Assembly: GCA_964411325.1 (NCBI GenBank)
Contig: CAYPKM010000001.1
Location: forward strand, 1 to 55,282
Reading direction: 5' to 3'
Source: an uncultured Christensenella sp.
GTDB lineage: Bacteria; Bacillota; Clostridia; Christensenellales; UBA1242
DNA length: 55,282 bases
The first letter of the stretch is position 1. Every line of letters starts with the position of its first letter. The position numbers and the translations under genes are program-made. Positions 47,092 through 55,282 of this stretch are shown here, one piece after another. The notes under the pieces are model-generated. The model was not told the origin of the DNA. It did no database searches and worked only from the letters and a program-made list of their open reading frames with translations.

Positions 47092-48252
47092 ATGGAAATA
47101 GAAATAATAGCAAGTACTCACGTGGGATATAATGCCGACAAAAATGATTTCGATATGTTCAGTGGCAAAATGGCAGGCATTTGCTATATGCCATCTACCT
47201 TTGATGATATCAAAAGGGAAGAAGAAGAGAAGACAAGAAAGAGAATGACGCTAACCAAAAATAACGGACACCATAGCGTGTACGACCACGAAAGCATTAC
47301 TATGTATATAGAAGATATTCCAAAAATTCTTGCGATGATTATCAATAACGAACATCAATATACTACTAGCGAAAAGTCTGCTAGATATACAAAAATGAAG
47401 ATGGGTGGCAAAGAAGAGACAATATACAATAAATGGCTAGAGATTTTCAAGTCTCGTATAGAAAAAAAGTACGCGAAAGACTACCCACAATTCTTCACAC
47501 CCAATAGGATAGGCAAGTTGGCACAAGAGAATGCTAGATATGTGCTATCGGTTTTCACTCCTACCTCTATGGCGTATACCACATCATATAGACAATTGAA
47601 TTATCTAATCGCTTTCTTAAATGACTTTGTGTCAAAGCCAAACAAAAATAGATTTGAAGAGAGATTAGCCGTAGATATAAGGGAACTTGTGGAGAAATTA
47701 AAAAACACCAAGTTTTATGACGAAAATCTATGTAAGAATGACAAAAATAGGCATTTGAGTTTGTTTGCAGATGGCGAGTGCGAAGAGTACTTTGGCGATG
47801 TGTATTCTACATCATATATGGCATCCTTTGCCGAACTTGCCCAAGCACAGAGACATCGCACAATCAATTATTCTATGCAGATGACTAGCGAATATTATGT
47901 GCCACAGATTATTGCAGATAATGAAGACCTAAAGGCTATTTGGCTAAGCGATTTGAATGCTCTAGCAGAGGGCTTCCCACAAGCCACAATGCTCAAAATT
48001 AACGAGATGGGTACAATGGATAATTTCATACTCAAGATGTATGAGAGGAAGTGCACATGTGCACAATTGGAAATAAATAAGATAACAGCCGAGACGGCGA
48101 AAAAGTACGAAAACGCTCTTAGAATCAAAGTCCACCCAAGAGCAGAAGAAATGAAAAAGTATATTGGTGGCAGTAGATGTACATTCCCCGCTTACAAATG
48201 TCCATCGCCTTGTGGCTTTCCACTAGGAATTAACGAAACTAGAGAAATATAA
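47092..48252 (+). CDS. thyX: FAD-dependent thymidylate synthase ThyX-like, tandem-duplicated (pseudo-dimeric) form
   Basis: Half 1: 'NGHHSVYDHE', 'TSEKSARY', 'ENARYVL...SYRQLNYLIAFL'. Half 2: 'LAQAQRHRTINYS', 'CTCAQLEI'. 386 aa, against about 220 aa for a single ThyX domain. Confidence 0.6.
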   Translation: MEIEIIASTHVGYNADKNDFDMFSGKMAGICYMPSTFDDIKREEEEKTRKRMTLTKNNGHHSVYDHESITMYIEDIPKILAMIINNEHQYTTSEKSARYTKMKMGGKEETIYNKWLEIFKSRIEKKYAKDYPQFFTPNRIGKLAQENARYVLSVFTPTSMAYTTSYRQLNYLIAFLNDFVSKPNKNRFEERLAVDIRELVEKLKNTKFYDENLCKNDKNRHLSLFADGECEEYFGDVYSTSYMASFAELAQAQRHRTINYSMQMTSEYYVPQIIADNEDLKAIWLSDLNALAEGFPQATMLKINEMGTMDNFILKMYERKCTCAQLEINKITAETAKKYENALRIKVHPRAEEMKKYIGGSRCTFPAYKCPSPCGFPLGINETREI

Positions 48253-48253
48253 A

Positions 48254-48302
48254 CAAAAAAACCTTAAACATTTGATAGTCTAAATTGTTTAAGGTTTTTT
48301 TG
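48254..48302 (+). terminator. Rho-independent terminator
   Basis: aaccttaaaca (48260-48270) / tgtttaaggtt (48286-48296) plus T8. Confidence 0.8.
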
Positions 48303-48370
48303 TTCGCTTTCGATAATTCAAATCTAGGCAATTAATTGTTTGTAATTTTCAAATTGTTTATCCGATATAC

Positions 48371-50446
48371 TTAGAAATCGAAAGGATTGCTTCCACTAGG
48401 CTTGTTATTTGCATTGTTGCTACTACCACCTTGTGGGGCAGTCTTTCTAAGTACTTTTTGATTACGGATATGAATGTCGTAGTAAACTTCGCTCTCGTTT
48501 AATTGTTTAGGTAATTCGTTATTGTGAGGAGCAGGGGTCATATCGTACACATCGCATTTGTAACTAGGTGTAAATATGGCTCTGATTGGATTCCTCTGTA
48601 GGATTGATACGATACATTCACCACTATTAGGTTTAAGTGAGCCTAATTCAGCTGGATATATAAGTGGACGGGTGTCAAGCTGTACATTGACAGACTTGCT
48701 CTCTTTGGCACCTTCTTCGCCACCCTTGCTAATAGATGTGGTCTCGGTCTCAACAGAGATGTTTCCGCAACGCTTACTAAATTCTTCTTTGGTATTATCA
48801 TCGTTACTAGCAATGAATATATGGATATTACAGTTGTCTTTGACAGTAGCACTTACTTCTTGACCATACTTAATAGTCAATTGCGCATATGATTGCAAAA
48901 TAAGTGTGAAATAAATTCTTCTAGAACGAGCGACGGTAATGATGGTATCAAAGTTCTCAATCTTAGGCATATTACCAAATTCATCTAGCAAGAAATATAC
49001 ATCTCTAGGTAGTGCTCCGCCACGCTTGTTGGCTACATCAACTAGTATCTTGTACAATTGCGATACAAACATTGTGGCAATAGGGTGACGAGTAGTTTTC
49101 TCATCAGGGATTTTGATAAATATAGCGGTAGGCTGGTCGGTGAAAGTCTTCAAATCCATCTCGTTGACAGATGTACAGTAACATACACCCATATCACTAA
49201 ACAAACCCATTCTATTGGCAACAATACCCATATAAGACATCTTGGTCTTGTCGGCGTTGGTGATTACTTGATTGGCAAGTTGTGTGGCTTTGCTATGCAC
49301 ATCTCTGCCTTGAAAGTATTCTGTAAGTGTCTTGAAAGGATTGTAAGGGTCGTTGTCTTTGAGTGCAAGTATTTGCGAAAGATTATAAAAATTAAATTTG
49401 TCTTTGGTCATCCCTAGCTCAGGATTCTCACTATCTTCTAGCATTGCAAGCATTGTGCCTAGCACTAGGTCTCTAGCACCTCTATCCCAAATAGGGTCGT
49501 TTTGAGACTCAATAGGGCATAGCACACTCGCCAAGTCTTTCAATTCATCAAAGGCATTGTCTTTGAGAATTTGCTTAAGCGACGCTTGGTGACTATTAAG
49601 AGTCTGTACATCGGCAAAGGCGAATCCGTCAAATTCGTACCACTCACCATAATATATCTGGCTGACACACTTTAGACTAAAGTCTCTAGGGTCGTCATTG
49701 TGGTGAATGATTACTTCGTCATTTAGATTCATCGCTCTTTGATTTAGTTCATACGCTCTAGTCATTGGGTTCCAACAAGCACTCTGAAAAGGCTCTTTTA
49801 GGTCGAATGTCAAAACTCTATAGCCGTTTTTCCTCAGTTTCTCACTATGTGCATCATAAATTTCGCCCTTAGGGTCAGTCACGACTAGACAAGGTTTGGC
49901 GTGCGACTCGCTAAGTATTTGCACAGTTGGGTTGATAAACTGAGTGGTTTTACCAGCACCAGTAGTACCTATTACTAGCGTGTGAATAGGCTTGTACATA
50001 TTGACATTTAGCTTGTTGCCAACAAGCTCGGCTCTAATAGGTATGCCCACATTGTCTGAGCGGTGCAAGTCGTCATAGTAATGAAATTTAAAGTCGGGAT
50101 TGCTCTTTAGCTCGTCAGTAGATATCCAATTGGTATCGTAATACTTCTTGATTCCGCCCTTGGTCTCTACTTTGGCTTTGGTCTCTCCATCCTTGAATTT
50201 GTGATTGCTTAGCGTTATTAGCATTGTGATTAGTGCTATGAAGAATACTAGCAAAAATACCGATTTAAAAGTCTCATTGTCAAACATCACTTCTATATCA
50301 TCTAGCTTGAGTGTGCCAAAAGCCATATAACTACCAGCTACATATGCCAAAACTACTACTAGTGCAAATCCTAGAATAAATATAAGCAATATCTTTTTAA
50401 ACTTTCCACCACCAGACGATTGTTTCTTTTCTTTTTTGTCTGCCAT
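48371..50446 (-). CDS. Type IV secretion coupling protein (VirD4/TraG family)
   Basis: Two N-terminal TM segments, Walker A 'VIGTTGAGKTTQF', Walker B 'YFLLDEFGNMP'. The ATG at 50446 has an AAGGAAGAG RBS. Confidence 0.8.
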   Translation of the reverse strand: MADKKEKKQSSGGGKFKKILLIFILGFALVVVLAYVAGSYMAFGTLKLDDIEVMFDNETFKSVFLLVFFIALITMLITLSNHKFKDGETKAKVETKGGIKKYYDTNWISTDELKSNPDFKFHYYDDLHRSDNVGIPIRAELVGNKLNVNMYKPIHTLVIGTTGAGKTTQFINPTVQILSESHAKPCLVVTDPKGEIYDAHSEKLRKNGYRVLTFDLKEPFQSACWNPMTRAYELNQRAMNLNDEVIIHHNDDPRDFSLKCVSQIYYGEWYEFDGFAFADVQTLNSHQASLKQILKDNAFDELKDLASVLCPIESQNDPIWDRGARDLVLGTMLAMLEDSENPELGMTKDKFNFYNLSQILALKDNDPYNPFKTLTEYFQGRDVHSKATQLANQVITNADKTKMSYMGIVANRMGLFSDMGVCYCTSVNEMDLKTFTDQPTAIFIKIPDEKTTRHPIATMFVSQLYKILVDVANKRGGALPRDVYFLLDEFGNMPKIENFDTIITVARSRRIYFTLILQSYAQLTIKYGQEVSATVKDNCNIHIFIASNDDNTKEEFSKRCGNISVETETTSISKGGEEGAKESKSVNVQLDTRPLIYPAELGSLKPNSGECIVSILQRNPIRAIFTPSYKCDVYDMTPAPHNNELPKQLNESEVYYDIHIRNQKVLRKTAPQGGSSNNANNKPSGSNPFDF

Positions 50447-50523
50447 TATTTCACTCTTCCTTTTGGTCAATTTTCCCTTACTTTTCTTTAAGTATAATAT
50501 ATAATAGACATAAATCTATTAGT

Positions 50524-50552
50524 AGTATATTAAATTTTTGCATTACTGTCAA
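50524..50552 (-). promoter_or_regulatory. Sigma-A-type promoter for the coupling-protein gene
   Basis: On the minus strand: TTGACA (50552-50547), 17 nt, TATACT (50529-50524). Confidence 0.55.
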
Positions 50553-50671
50553 AAAAAATAACCTATCAAAAATAAATTCTAAAAAATATATCCTCCCCAT
50601 TCTTTAGTTTTATCACTATTTGAGAAAAATCTAATATTTTTTATTTTTTTGCAAAAAATATAGTAATTTAG

Positions 50672-50700
50672 TTGACTAAAGTAATTTTTTCGACTAAACT
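50672..50700 (+). promoter_or_regulatory. Candidate promoter for the pilin-like/T4SS genes
   Basis: TTGACT (50672-50677), 17 nt, TAAACT (50695-50700). 'gactaaa' occurs twice in direct repeat. Confidence 0.45.
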
Positions 50701-50740
50701 TTGTGTAGTTAATAACTAAAAAATTAAAGGGGAAATAAGT

Positions 50741-51055
50741 ATGAAAAAATTGTTTACAAGATTGGAAACTTCAAATCTTAGTGATGTAGCTGGCGCTTTT
50801 TCTAAAGTAATAAAGAATATTTTGTCACCAGTTCTTGGTATTATCGGTGTTTTGCTAGTTGTTTATGTTGTTTATCTAGGCGTAATGTATGCCAAAGCTG
50901 AGAGTGCTGATAAGAGAAAAGAAATTCAAAGTAGACTAATTGCTTCTATCGTCGGTGCTGTTATCGTTATTGCAGGTGCAACACTTTGCTTGACTCTTGA
51001 TTGGACAAATATCTTTAAGAACTTTGCCAATGCTAATGATGCTAATATATCATAA
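50741..51055 (+). CDS. Small two-TM conjugation protein (VirB2/TrbC-pilin-like), copy 1
   Basis: 104 aa. A leader-like N-terminus, then two hydrophobic helices separated by the charged loop 'AKAESADKRKEIQSR'. Paralogous to 51245-51685. Confidence 0.55.
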   Translation: MKKLFTRLETSNLSDVAGAFSKVIKNILSPVLGIIGVLLVVYVVYLGVMYAKAESADKRKEIQSRLIASIVGAVIVIAGATLCLTLDWTNIFKNFANANDANIS

Positions 51056-51130
51056 ATCTAGAACGATTTGGAGCGATTATCAAATCGCTTTGTCTGCAAC
51101 TATTTTGTATATGGTTGTATGGAAGAGTAC

Positions 51131-51165
51131 AAAACTCGCAAAATTTTTGCGAGTTTTTTCTTTTC
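51131..51165 (+). terminator. Terminator/attenuator after pilin-like gene 1
   Basis: aaaactcgcaaaa / ttttgcgagtttt plus a T-run. Confidence 0.75.
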
Positions 51166-51244
51166 TGTAGTCAAATTTGCTTGTAAAGATGAGGGAATAT
51201 GTGTTAATATATTATATGAAAATGTAATTTTGAGGAGAAGTGGA

Positions 51245-51685
51245 ATGCTTTCTAAATTATTAAATATAGGGATGTTGTTGTCGGGCTCAGGCACTACGGA
51301 TAGGATTGTTGCTACTGCTGAGAAAGTCAACGAGGTTTTGAAGAGTATCGTAGCCCCTTGTTTGTCTGTGCTAGAGGGCTGTGCCGTTATATATATTGTT
51401 ATCCTCGCTGTACAGTATGTCAAGTCTGAGAATGCAGACAAGAGAACTGAGGCCAAAAAGAGGATTGTCAATCTAGCAATAGGTGCTGTGATAATTCTTG
51501 TAATGCTTACTATGTGTTACCTTATCAAGTGGGATAAGTTGGTTCCAGAATTGTTTGGATATTTGGGGTCTGGACAGGCCTCTGGCGGTGGCGGTGGCGG
51601 TAACGCTGGCGGTGGTGCCGATAGCAAACCTACCAACAATAGATATGACGCACTCAATGCAATAAGGGCACTTCTATTTAGATAA
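51245..51685 (+). CDS. Small two-TM conjugation protein (VirB2/TrbC-pilin-like), copy 2, with Gly-rich tail
   Basis: The ATG at 51245 follows GAGGAGA. 'VQYVKSENADKRTEAKKRIVNLAIGAVIILV' aligns with copy 1 'VMYAKAESADKRKEIQSRLIASIVGAVIVIA'. The tail is GSGQASGGGGGGNAGGG. The track start at 51068 is rejected. Confidence 0.55.
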   Translation: MLSKLLNIGMLLSGSGTTDRIVATAEKVNEVLKSIVAPCLSVLEGCAVIYIVILAVQYVKSENADKRTEAKKRIVNLAIGAVIILVMLTMCYLIKWDKLVPELFGYLGSGQASGGGGGGNAGGGADSKPTNNRYDALNAIRALLFR

Positions 51686-51762
51686 ATGGCGAAATCTCTA
51701 GGTTTTTTGTATGCCAAAGATTTTTGCCAAGTGAAAAATACAAAATTTGAAAATGTTTAAGA

Positions 51763-51799
51763 AAAACTCGCAAAGTAAATGCTATGGCGAGTTTTTTTG
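51763..51799 (+). terminator. Terminator after pilin-like gene 2
   Basis: aaaactcgc (51763-51771) / gcgagtttt (51788-51796) plus a T-run. The arms are nearly identical to those at 51131-51165. Confidence 0.7.
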
Positions 51800-52084
51800 C
51801 TTTTCAAAAATACTATTGTTGTTATATGTCCTTGTTATATTCCAAAAAACAATTAAAGTTATTTATCAGTAACTTCGATATATACAAACATAATCTCATT
51901 CTATACGAAAATATGATGCCATCGTGTAGTTGATTTTAAATTCCACTTTGCATTATACAGAAATAAACCCATTATATATATAAATATATATAAAAATAAT
52001 AAAATATATTAAATTATTTGTTTTTTTTGTCGAAATAGGTTAAGATAAGTATAGAATATTTAATTTTCTTTAGGAGAATGGAAA

Positions 52085-54730
52085 ATGGGCGTTAATTCTT
52101 TGTTGGGAATCCTTTCGGGCTTAGGCGATATTTTAGGTAGCGTTTTTACAAGTATTTTTACGTGGGTTATCAATGCTTTGGTTGTGCCAGTTGTTAAATG
52201 TGCTATTAGAGTTGTAATAGTTATTATTCAATACTTTGGAGCTACTATTTTTTACGAGGTTTCCAAATTTTTGTTGGGATTAATAGACTTTGTAGAAGTT
52301 TTGTTTAGAGCTCTTGCTGGTTTGCAAGTTATTGGTGAAAATAATACTGGCGAAATGACTATCAGTATGCAGGTCAATAATTCTATGGGAAGTTCTGACT
52401 TGCTACTTCAAATGCTTACTTCTTCCGATGTAATACAAGCCTTTTATGCTACAGCCATTGTTGGATTGTTTTTGTTAATGATTACAACTATTTTCCAAAT
52501 GATCAAGGTGGAATATACCACCGAAGGTGCTCAGAATAGCAAATCTGGCATTATTGGCAAATCTCTGAAATCTCTAAGCAATATGCTTATAATCCCACTA
52601 CTATGTATCATGGGTGTATTTATAGGCAATCAAGTGCTAGGACTAATAGACACAGCCACTGGTGGTGGAGAAGGTACCAAAATCTCTAGACAATTGTGGG
52701 TAACGGCCGCCTCCACGGCAACGACAGCGACGGTAGGTGGTTTTAGTACGGCAATAGGCAAAGATATTGAAGATGGAGGTTACGGAATTGATGTTGATCA
52801 TTTAGAAAATGAAGGAGGGATGTTAGGTACAGGTATGACAATCGCTTTGATCAAAGGCTTTAAAACAATAACTGATGATAAGGCGGCATCTACTCCTGTC
52901 TGTGCAATGTCGGATGCGGATAATGGTGCTGAGGCGGCATTTACGAGTGGTGATTGTAATTATGCTGAATTGAAGGACGTAATAGAATATTACAATCCAT
53001 TCGAAATTAATTACTTGGTTTTGATATTTGGTGCAGTTATTATTATCAAATGCTTATTTTATACCTGTTTTGGACTCATCGATAGATTGTATCAATGTGT
53101 AGCCCTCTTTATAGTAATGCCAATGGTTGTAGGTATGTCACCAGTCAAAGATAGTCTGGGCTCGTGGCGAGGCAAGTTTATGCAAAAGGCACTCTCTGCA
53201 TACGGCACGGTAATCTCACTCAACCTATTCTTTATTATTGTGAAAGTACTGCTTAATATTGATATTGTGATTACGAATAATACTTTGCCATTTCCAGATG
53301 TGCTTGTGAAAGGACTAATCAAATCCATAATGGTAATAGTAGGCTGTATGATGATAGAGAAACTTGCTGGTGACTTAGGTGGATACTTTGGTGCAGGCAA
53401 CGCAATGGCAGAGGGCAAAGGCTTAGCCAAAGAGGCAACAGCTGGCATAGCCAAAGCGGCTACAGTAGGTATGGGAGTCGCAACTATGGCTGGAGGACTA
53501 GCTGTAAAAGGTATCAAAGCTACTGGTGGTATAGCAGGAAAAATTGGAAGTGGTGCTCATAAACTTGGAGACAAAGTATCGGGAGGAAGATTAACAAAAT
53601 TTGAAGACAAAGCTAAATCTAAAGTTAAAGATGTTGCACATGCTGCAGGTGATAAAGTTTCCAATTTGAAGCCGGTTAAGGCTGTTACTGGTGTTGCCAA
53701 AGGGGTAGCCGGGGTAGCCAGTGGAGTAAAAAACTTTGTAGATGAAACAGCAGCTGGTGCAACTGGCGTCAACAAGGCCAAAAAGAATGCTGCAGAGAAA
53801 ACGGCAACTTATGAAACTGCTCAAGCTCGTGCAGATGCACTAAAAAAGGAATATGAGAAACTCGGTAGTCATGATAATTTGATGGCGTGGTCAAATGCAC
53901 AGAAAGATGCGAACGCGGCTAAAGAAGAGATGGATGCGGCAAATCAAGTAGTTAGCAATAATCAAAGCAAAGTAGATAAGCTTAGAGCTGATAGAAGTGA
54001 AAAAATACAACAAAAAACAGGAAACGCGGTTCGAAAAGTTGTTACTACCAAAAATGCTCTTGGACAATTGTATGAAAATAAATTTGGTGCAAAAGCAGTG
54101 TTTAATGCAGTTGCACCTAAAGGCGCACAAAACCTTCAAAAGGATTATCAGACCGCATTGAAAGAAGGTAATGATACTCCAGAAGGACAAGCAATGTTGG
54201 CTGCATTAGAGGAATCTAAAAAGAAGGCTAAAGAAGAATCTTATAATAAAAATGCACTTAATGCTCTTGGGATTGGAATGTTGAACTTGCAACAAACACA
54301 ATTGATTTTGAATACAGCTAATGCCAAGCTTGCTCAAACCAATGCCGAAACTAATAAAGATTTGGAAAAATTAAATGAGACATTGAGGGATTTGATTGCT
54401 AAGTATAATAATACAAGTGATCAATCAGCCAAAAATATGTATGCCAACCAAATAAGTGCTGTGCAATCTAGTATGCAAGCCAAAAATAGCAAGATTGAAT
54501 TTGGTGAGAACTTCGAAGTTAAGAATACTAGCGAATTGAAAGTTGACTTCAAGATGGATGGCGACTTTATGAAGAAAATGCAAGAGCAAATCAAAAAAGG
54601 CGTCAAGATGGACAAGATTATGGAGCAAATCAGCGAAGAATTCAAGAGAATGGGTATTACAGACAAAGATACTCTTGCCAAGATTTACAAAGCTTTGGAA
54701 GAACTTAAAAGTCAAACTGGCGGTAAATAA
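52085..54730 (+). CDS. VirB6/TrbL-like polytopic membrane protein with a long Ala/Lys-rich coiled-coil C-terminal half
   Basis: 881 aa. Residues ~1-450 hold at least 7 hydrophobic segments. Residues ~480-881 are low-complexity helical (AKxxA, KKEYEKL, etc.). It sits between the pilin-like genes and VirB4. Confidence 0.55.
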   Translation: MGVNSLLGILSGLGDILGSVFTSIFTWVINALVVPVVKCAIRVVIVIIQYFGATIFYEVSKFLLGLIDFVEVLFRALAGLQVIGENNTGEMTISMQVNNSMGSSDLLLQMLTSSDVIQAFYATAIVGLFLLMITTIFQMIKVEYTTEGAQNSKSGIIGKSLKSLSNMLIIPLLCIMGVFIGNQVLGLIDTATGGGEGTKISRQLWVTAASTATTATVGGFSTAIGKDIEDGGYGIDVDHLENEGGMLGTGMTIALIKGFKTITDDKAASTPVCAMSDADNGAEAAFTSGDCNYAELKDVIEYYNPFEINYLVLIFGAVIIIKCLFYTCFGLIDRLYQCVALFIVMPMVVGMSPVKDSLGSWRGKFMQKALSAYGTVISLNLFFIIVKVLLNIDIVITNNTLPFPDVLVKGLIKSIMVIVGCMMIEKLAGDLGGYFGAGNAMAEGKGLAKEATAGIAKAATVGMGVATMAGGLAVKGIKATGGIAGKIGSGAHKLGDKVSGGRLTKFEDKAKSKVKDVAHAAGDKVSNLKPVKAVTGVAKGVAGVASGVKNFVDETAAGATGVNKAKKNAAEKTATYETAQARADALKKEYEKLGSHDNLMAWSNAQKDANAAKEEMDAANQVVSNNQSKVDKLRADRSEKIQQKTGNAVRKVVTTKNALGQLYENKFGAKAVFNAVAPKGAQNLQKDYQTALKEGNDTPEGQAMLAALEESKKKAKEESYNKNALNALGIGMLNLQQTQLILNTANAKLAQTNAETNKDLEKLNETLRDLIAKYNNTSDQSAKNMYANQISAVQSSMQAKNSKIEFGENFEVKNTSELKVDFKMDGDFMKKMQEQIKKGVKMDKIMEQISEEFKRMGITDKDTLAKIYKALEELKSQTGGK

Positions 54731-54765
54731 TTAAAAAATATATTAAAAAAATAAGGTAATGAAAA

Positions 54766-55282
54766 ATGAGATTTATTCCAAGAAAAACTAAGGTAAAGAC
54801 CACCATATTTAGGAACTTTACTATATTAGATGTGGCAATAATATTGGTAGGATGTGTGATAGTAGTATTACTAGCCACATCCAACCTATTTAGCTATTGG
54901 ATGTACAATTTGTGGGTAGCGCTGGGCGTAGGCGTGCTCTGGGCAGTGCTATTATTTGAGATGAGCGATGGTGTGAGAGTGTATTTCGCACTGGTACTTA
55001 GTTTCAAATACCTCGCCTACCACAAGAAGTATTCCAAAAAGGATACAGGCAATACTAATATCAAAAACATTATGCCATTTGATGATCTGAATACAGACAA
55101 ATTCCTTAAGTTTGGTGAATATTATGGAATGGTTATAGAGATATTCCCAATGTCTTTTGGACTTCTTGCCGAAGACAGGCAGAATATGGTTATTAATTGC
55201 TTTAGCCAAGCGATACAGAGACTAAACTTGACACAACAGATGTCTATAGTCAAGACCAAGAAGCCAATGCTACTAGACAATA
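54766..55282 (+). CDS. VirB3-like TM segment fused to the N-terminus of a VirB4-type ATPase (3' end outside the window)
   Basis: The frame is open from ATG 54766 to the window end and is not in the track. Sequence: MRFIPRKTKVKTTIFRNFTILDVAIILVG... (two TM), then 'IMPFDDLNTDKFLKFGEYYGMVIEIFPMSFGLLAEDRQNMVINCFSQAIQRL'. That pattern is typical of Gram-positive VirB4 N-domains. Confidence 0.6.
   Translation, partial: MRFIPRKTKVKTTIFRNFTILDVAIILVGCVIVVLLATSNLFSYWMYNLWVALGVGVLWAVLLFEMSDGVRVYFALVLSFKYLAYHKKYSKKDTGNTNIKNIMPFDDLNTDKFLKFGEYYGMVIEIFPMSFGLLAEDRQNMVINCFSQAIQRLNLTQQMSIVKTKKPMLLDN

Larger units (their letters stand above)
48303..55282. mobile_element. Partial conjugative element (type IV secretion / mating-pair-formation module); right end outside the window
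   Basis: A coupling protein, two pilin-like genes, a VirB6-like gene and a VirB3-VirB4 fusion are clustered directly after the thyX terminator. No integrase or relaxase lies inside the window. Confidence 0.65.

Noticed and set aside
51940-52030. AT-only low-complexity stretch (tatatatataaatatatataaaaataataaaatat) as a repeat, oriT or CRISPR-like feature
   Set aside because: It has no periodic unit or spacer structure, and no inverted repeat with a nick-site-like core could be identified. It is most simply AT-rich promoter DNA upstream of the VirB6-like gene.
1-55282. A search for tRNA, rRNA, CRISPR arrays, IS elements or transposases, integrases and toxin-antitoxin pairs
   Set aside because: The intergenic regions are AT-rich and lack cloverleaf-capable GC-rich segments or regularly spaced repeats. 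No ORF shows DDE, tyrosine-recombinase or serine-recombinase motifs.

Overview
The window is low-GC, uses the standard genetic code and looks like Bacillota (Clostridia/Erysipelotrichia-like). Most of it is ordinary chromosome, with four accessory patches.

**Gene content, left to right**
- 1-575: the 3' end of a surface-protein gene.
- 742-4393: a very AT-rich, terminator-bounded cassette. An S51 peptidase-like gene is divergent from a translationally coupled operon of a Cys-rich unknown protein, an HAD-IIB phosphatase and a Pol-beta nucleotidyltransferase.
- 4611-5975: a short collagen-like/BclA-type gene and an HD-domain gene.
- 6263-26480: a roughly 20-kb cell-surface glycan region.
  - Genes present: ugd, an initiating sugar-phosphate transferase, fnlABC for UDP-L-FucNAc, several GT4/GT2 glycosyltransferases, Wzy, Wzx, uppS, an O-antigen-ligase-family protein, and a complete GDP-D-glycero-alpha-D-manno-heptose set (hddA, hddC-gmhB fusion, gmhA).
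  - It is interrupted by folD and two other genes.
  - One GT2 gene carries an in-frame TAA.
- 26535-31989: an XRE regulator, then a standalone condensation / acyl-AMP ligase / carrier-protein trio, an unlisted 45-aa Cys-rich micro-ORF, and an MBL hydrolase.
- 31995-48252: housekeeping genes.
  - T-box-controlled pheST, a nucleoside hydrolase, a ComEC-like MBL protein and a ROK kinase.
  - nrdD, preceded by NrdR boxes and fused to a glutaredoxin-like domain. It is coupled to a TrxB-like gene that lacks the NADPH motif. nrdG lies convergent.
  - A Ca-type P-type ATPase, tmk, and a tandem-duplicated ThyX.
- 48303-55282: the start of a conjugative type IV secretion module that runs off the window. 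It holds a VirD4-like coupling protein, two paralogous small pilin-like membrane proteins, a VirB6-like giant membrane protein, and a VirB3-VirB4 fusion.

I saw no rRNA, tRNA, CRISPR array, transposase or integrase.

**Best candidates for something undescribed**
- The 742-4393 cassette.
- The Cys-rich micro-ORF beside the C/A/T trio, together with its apparent relationship to the collagen-like protein's N-terminus.
- The NrdD-Grx / NADPH-motif-less TrxB pair.

All family assignments rest on motifs read by eye. No searches were run.
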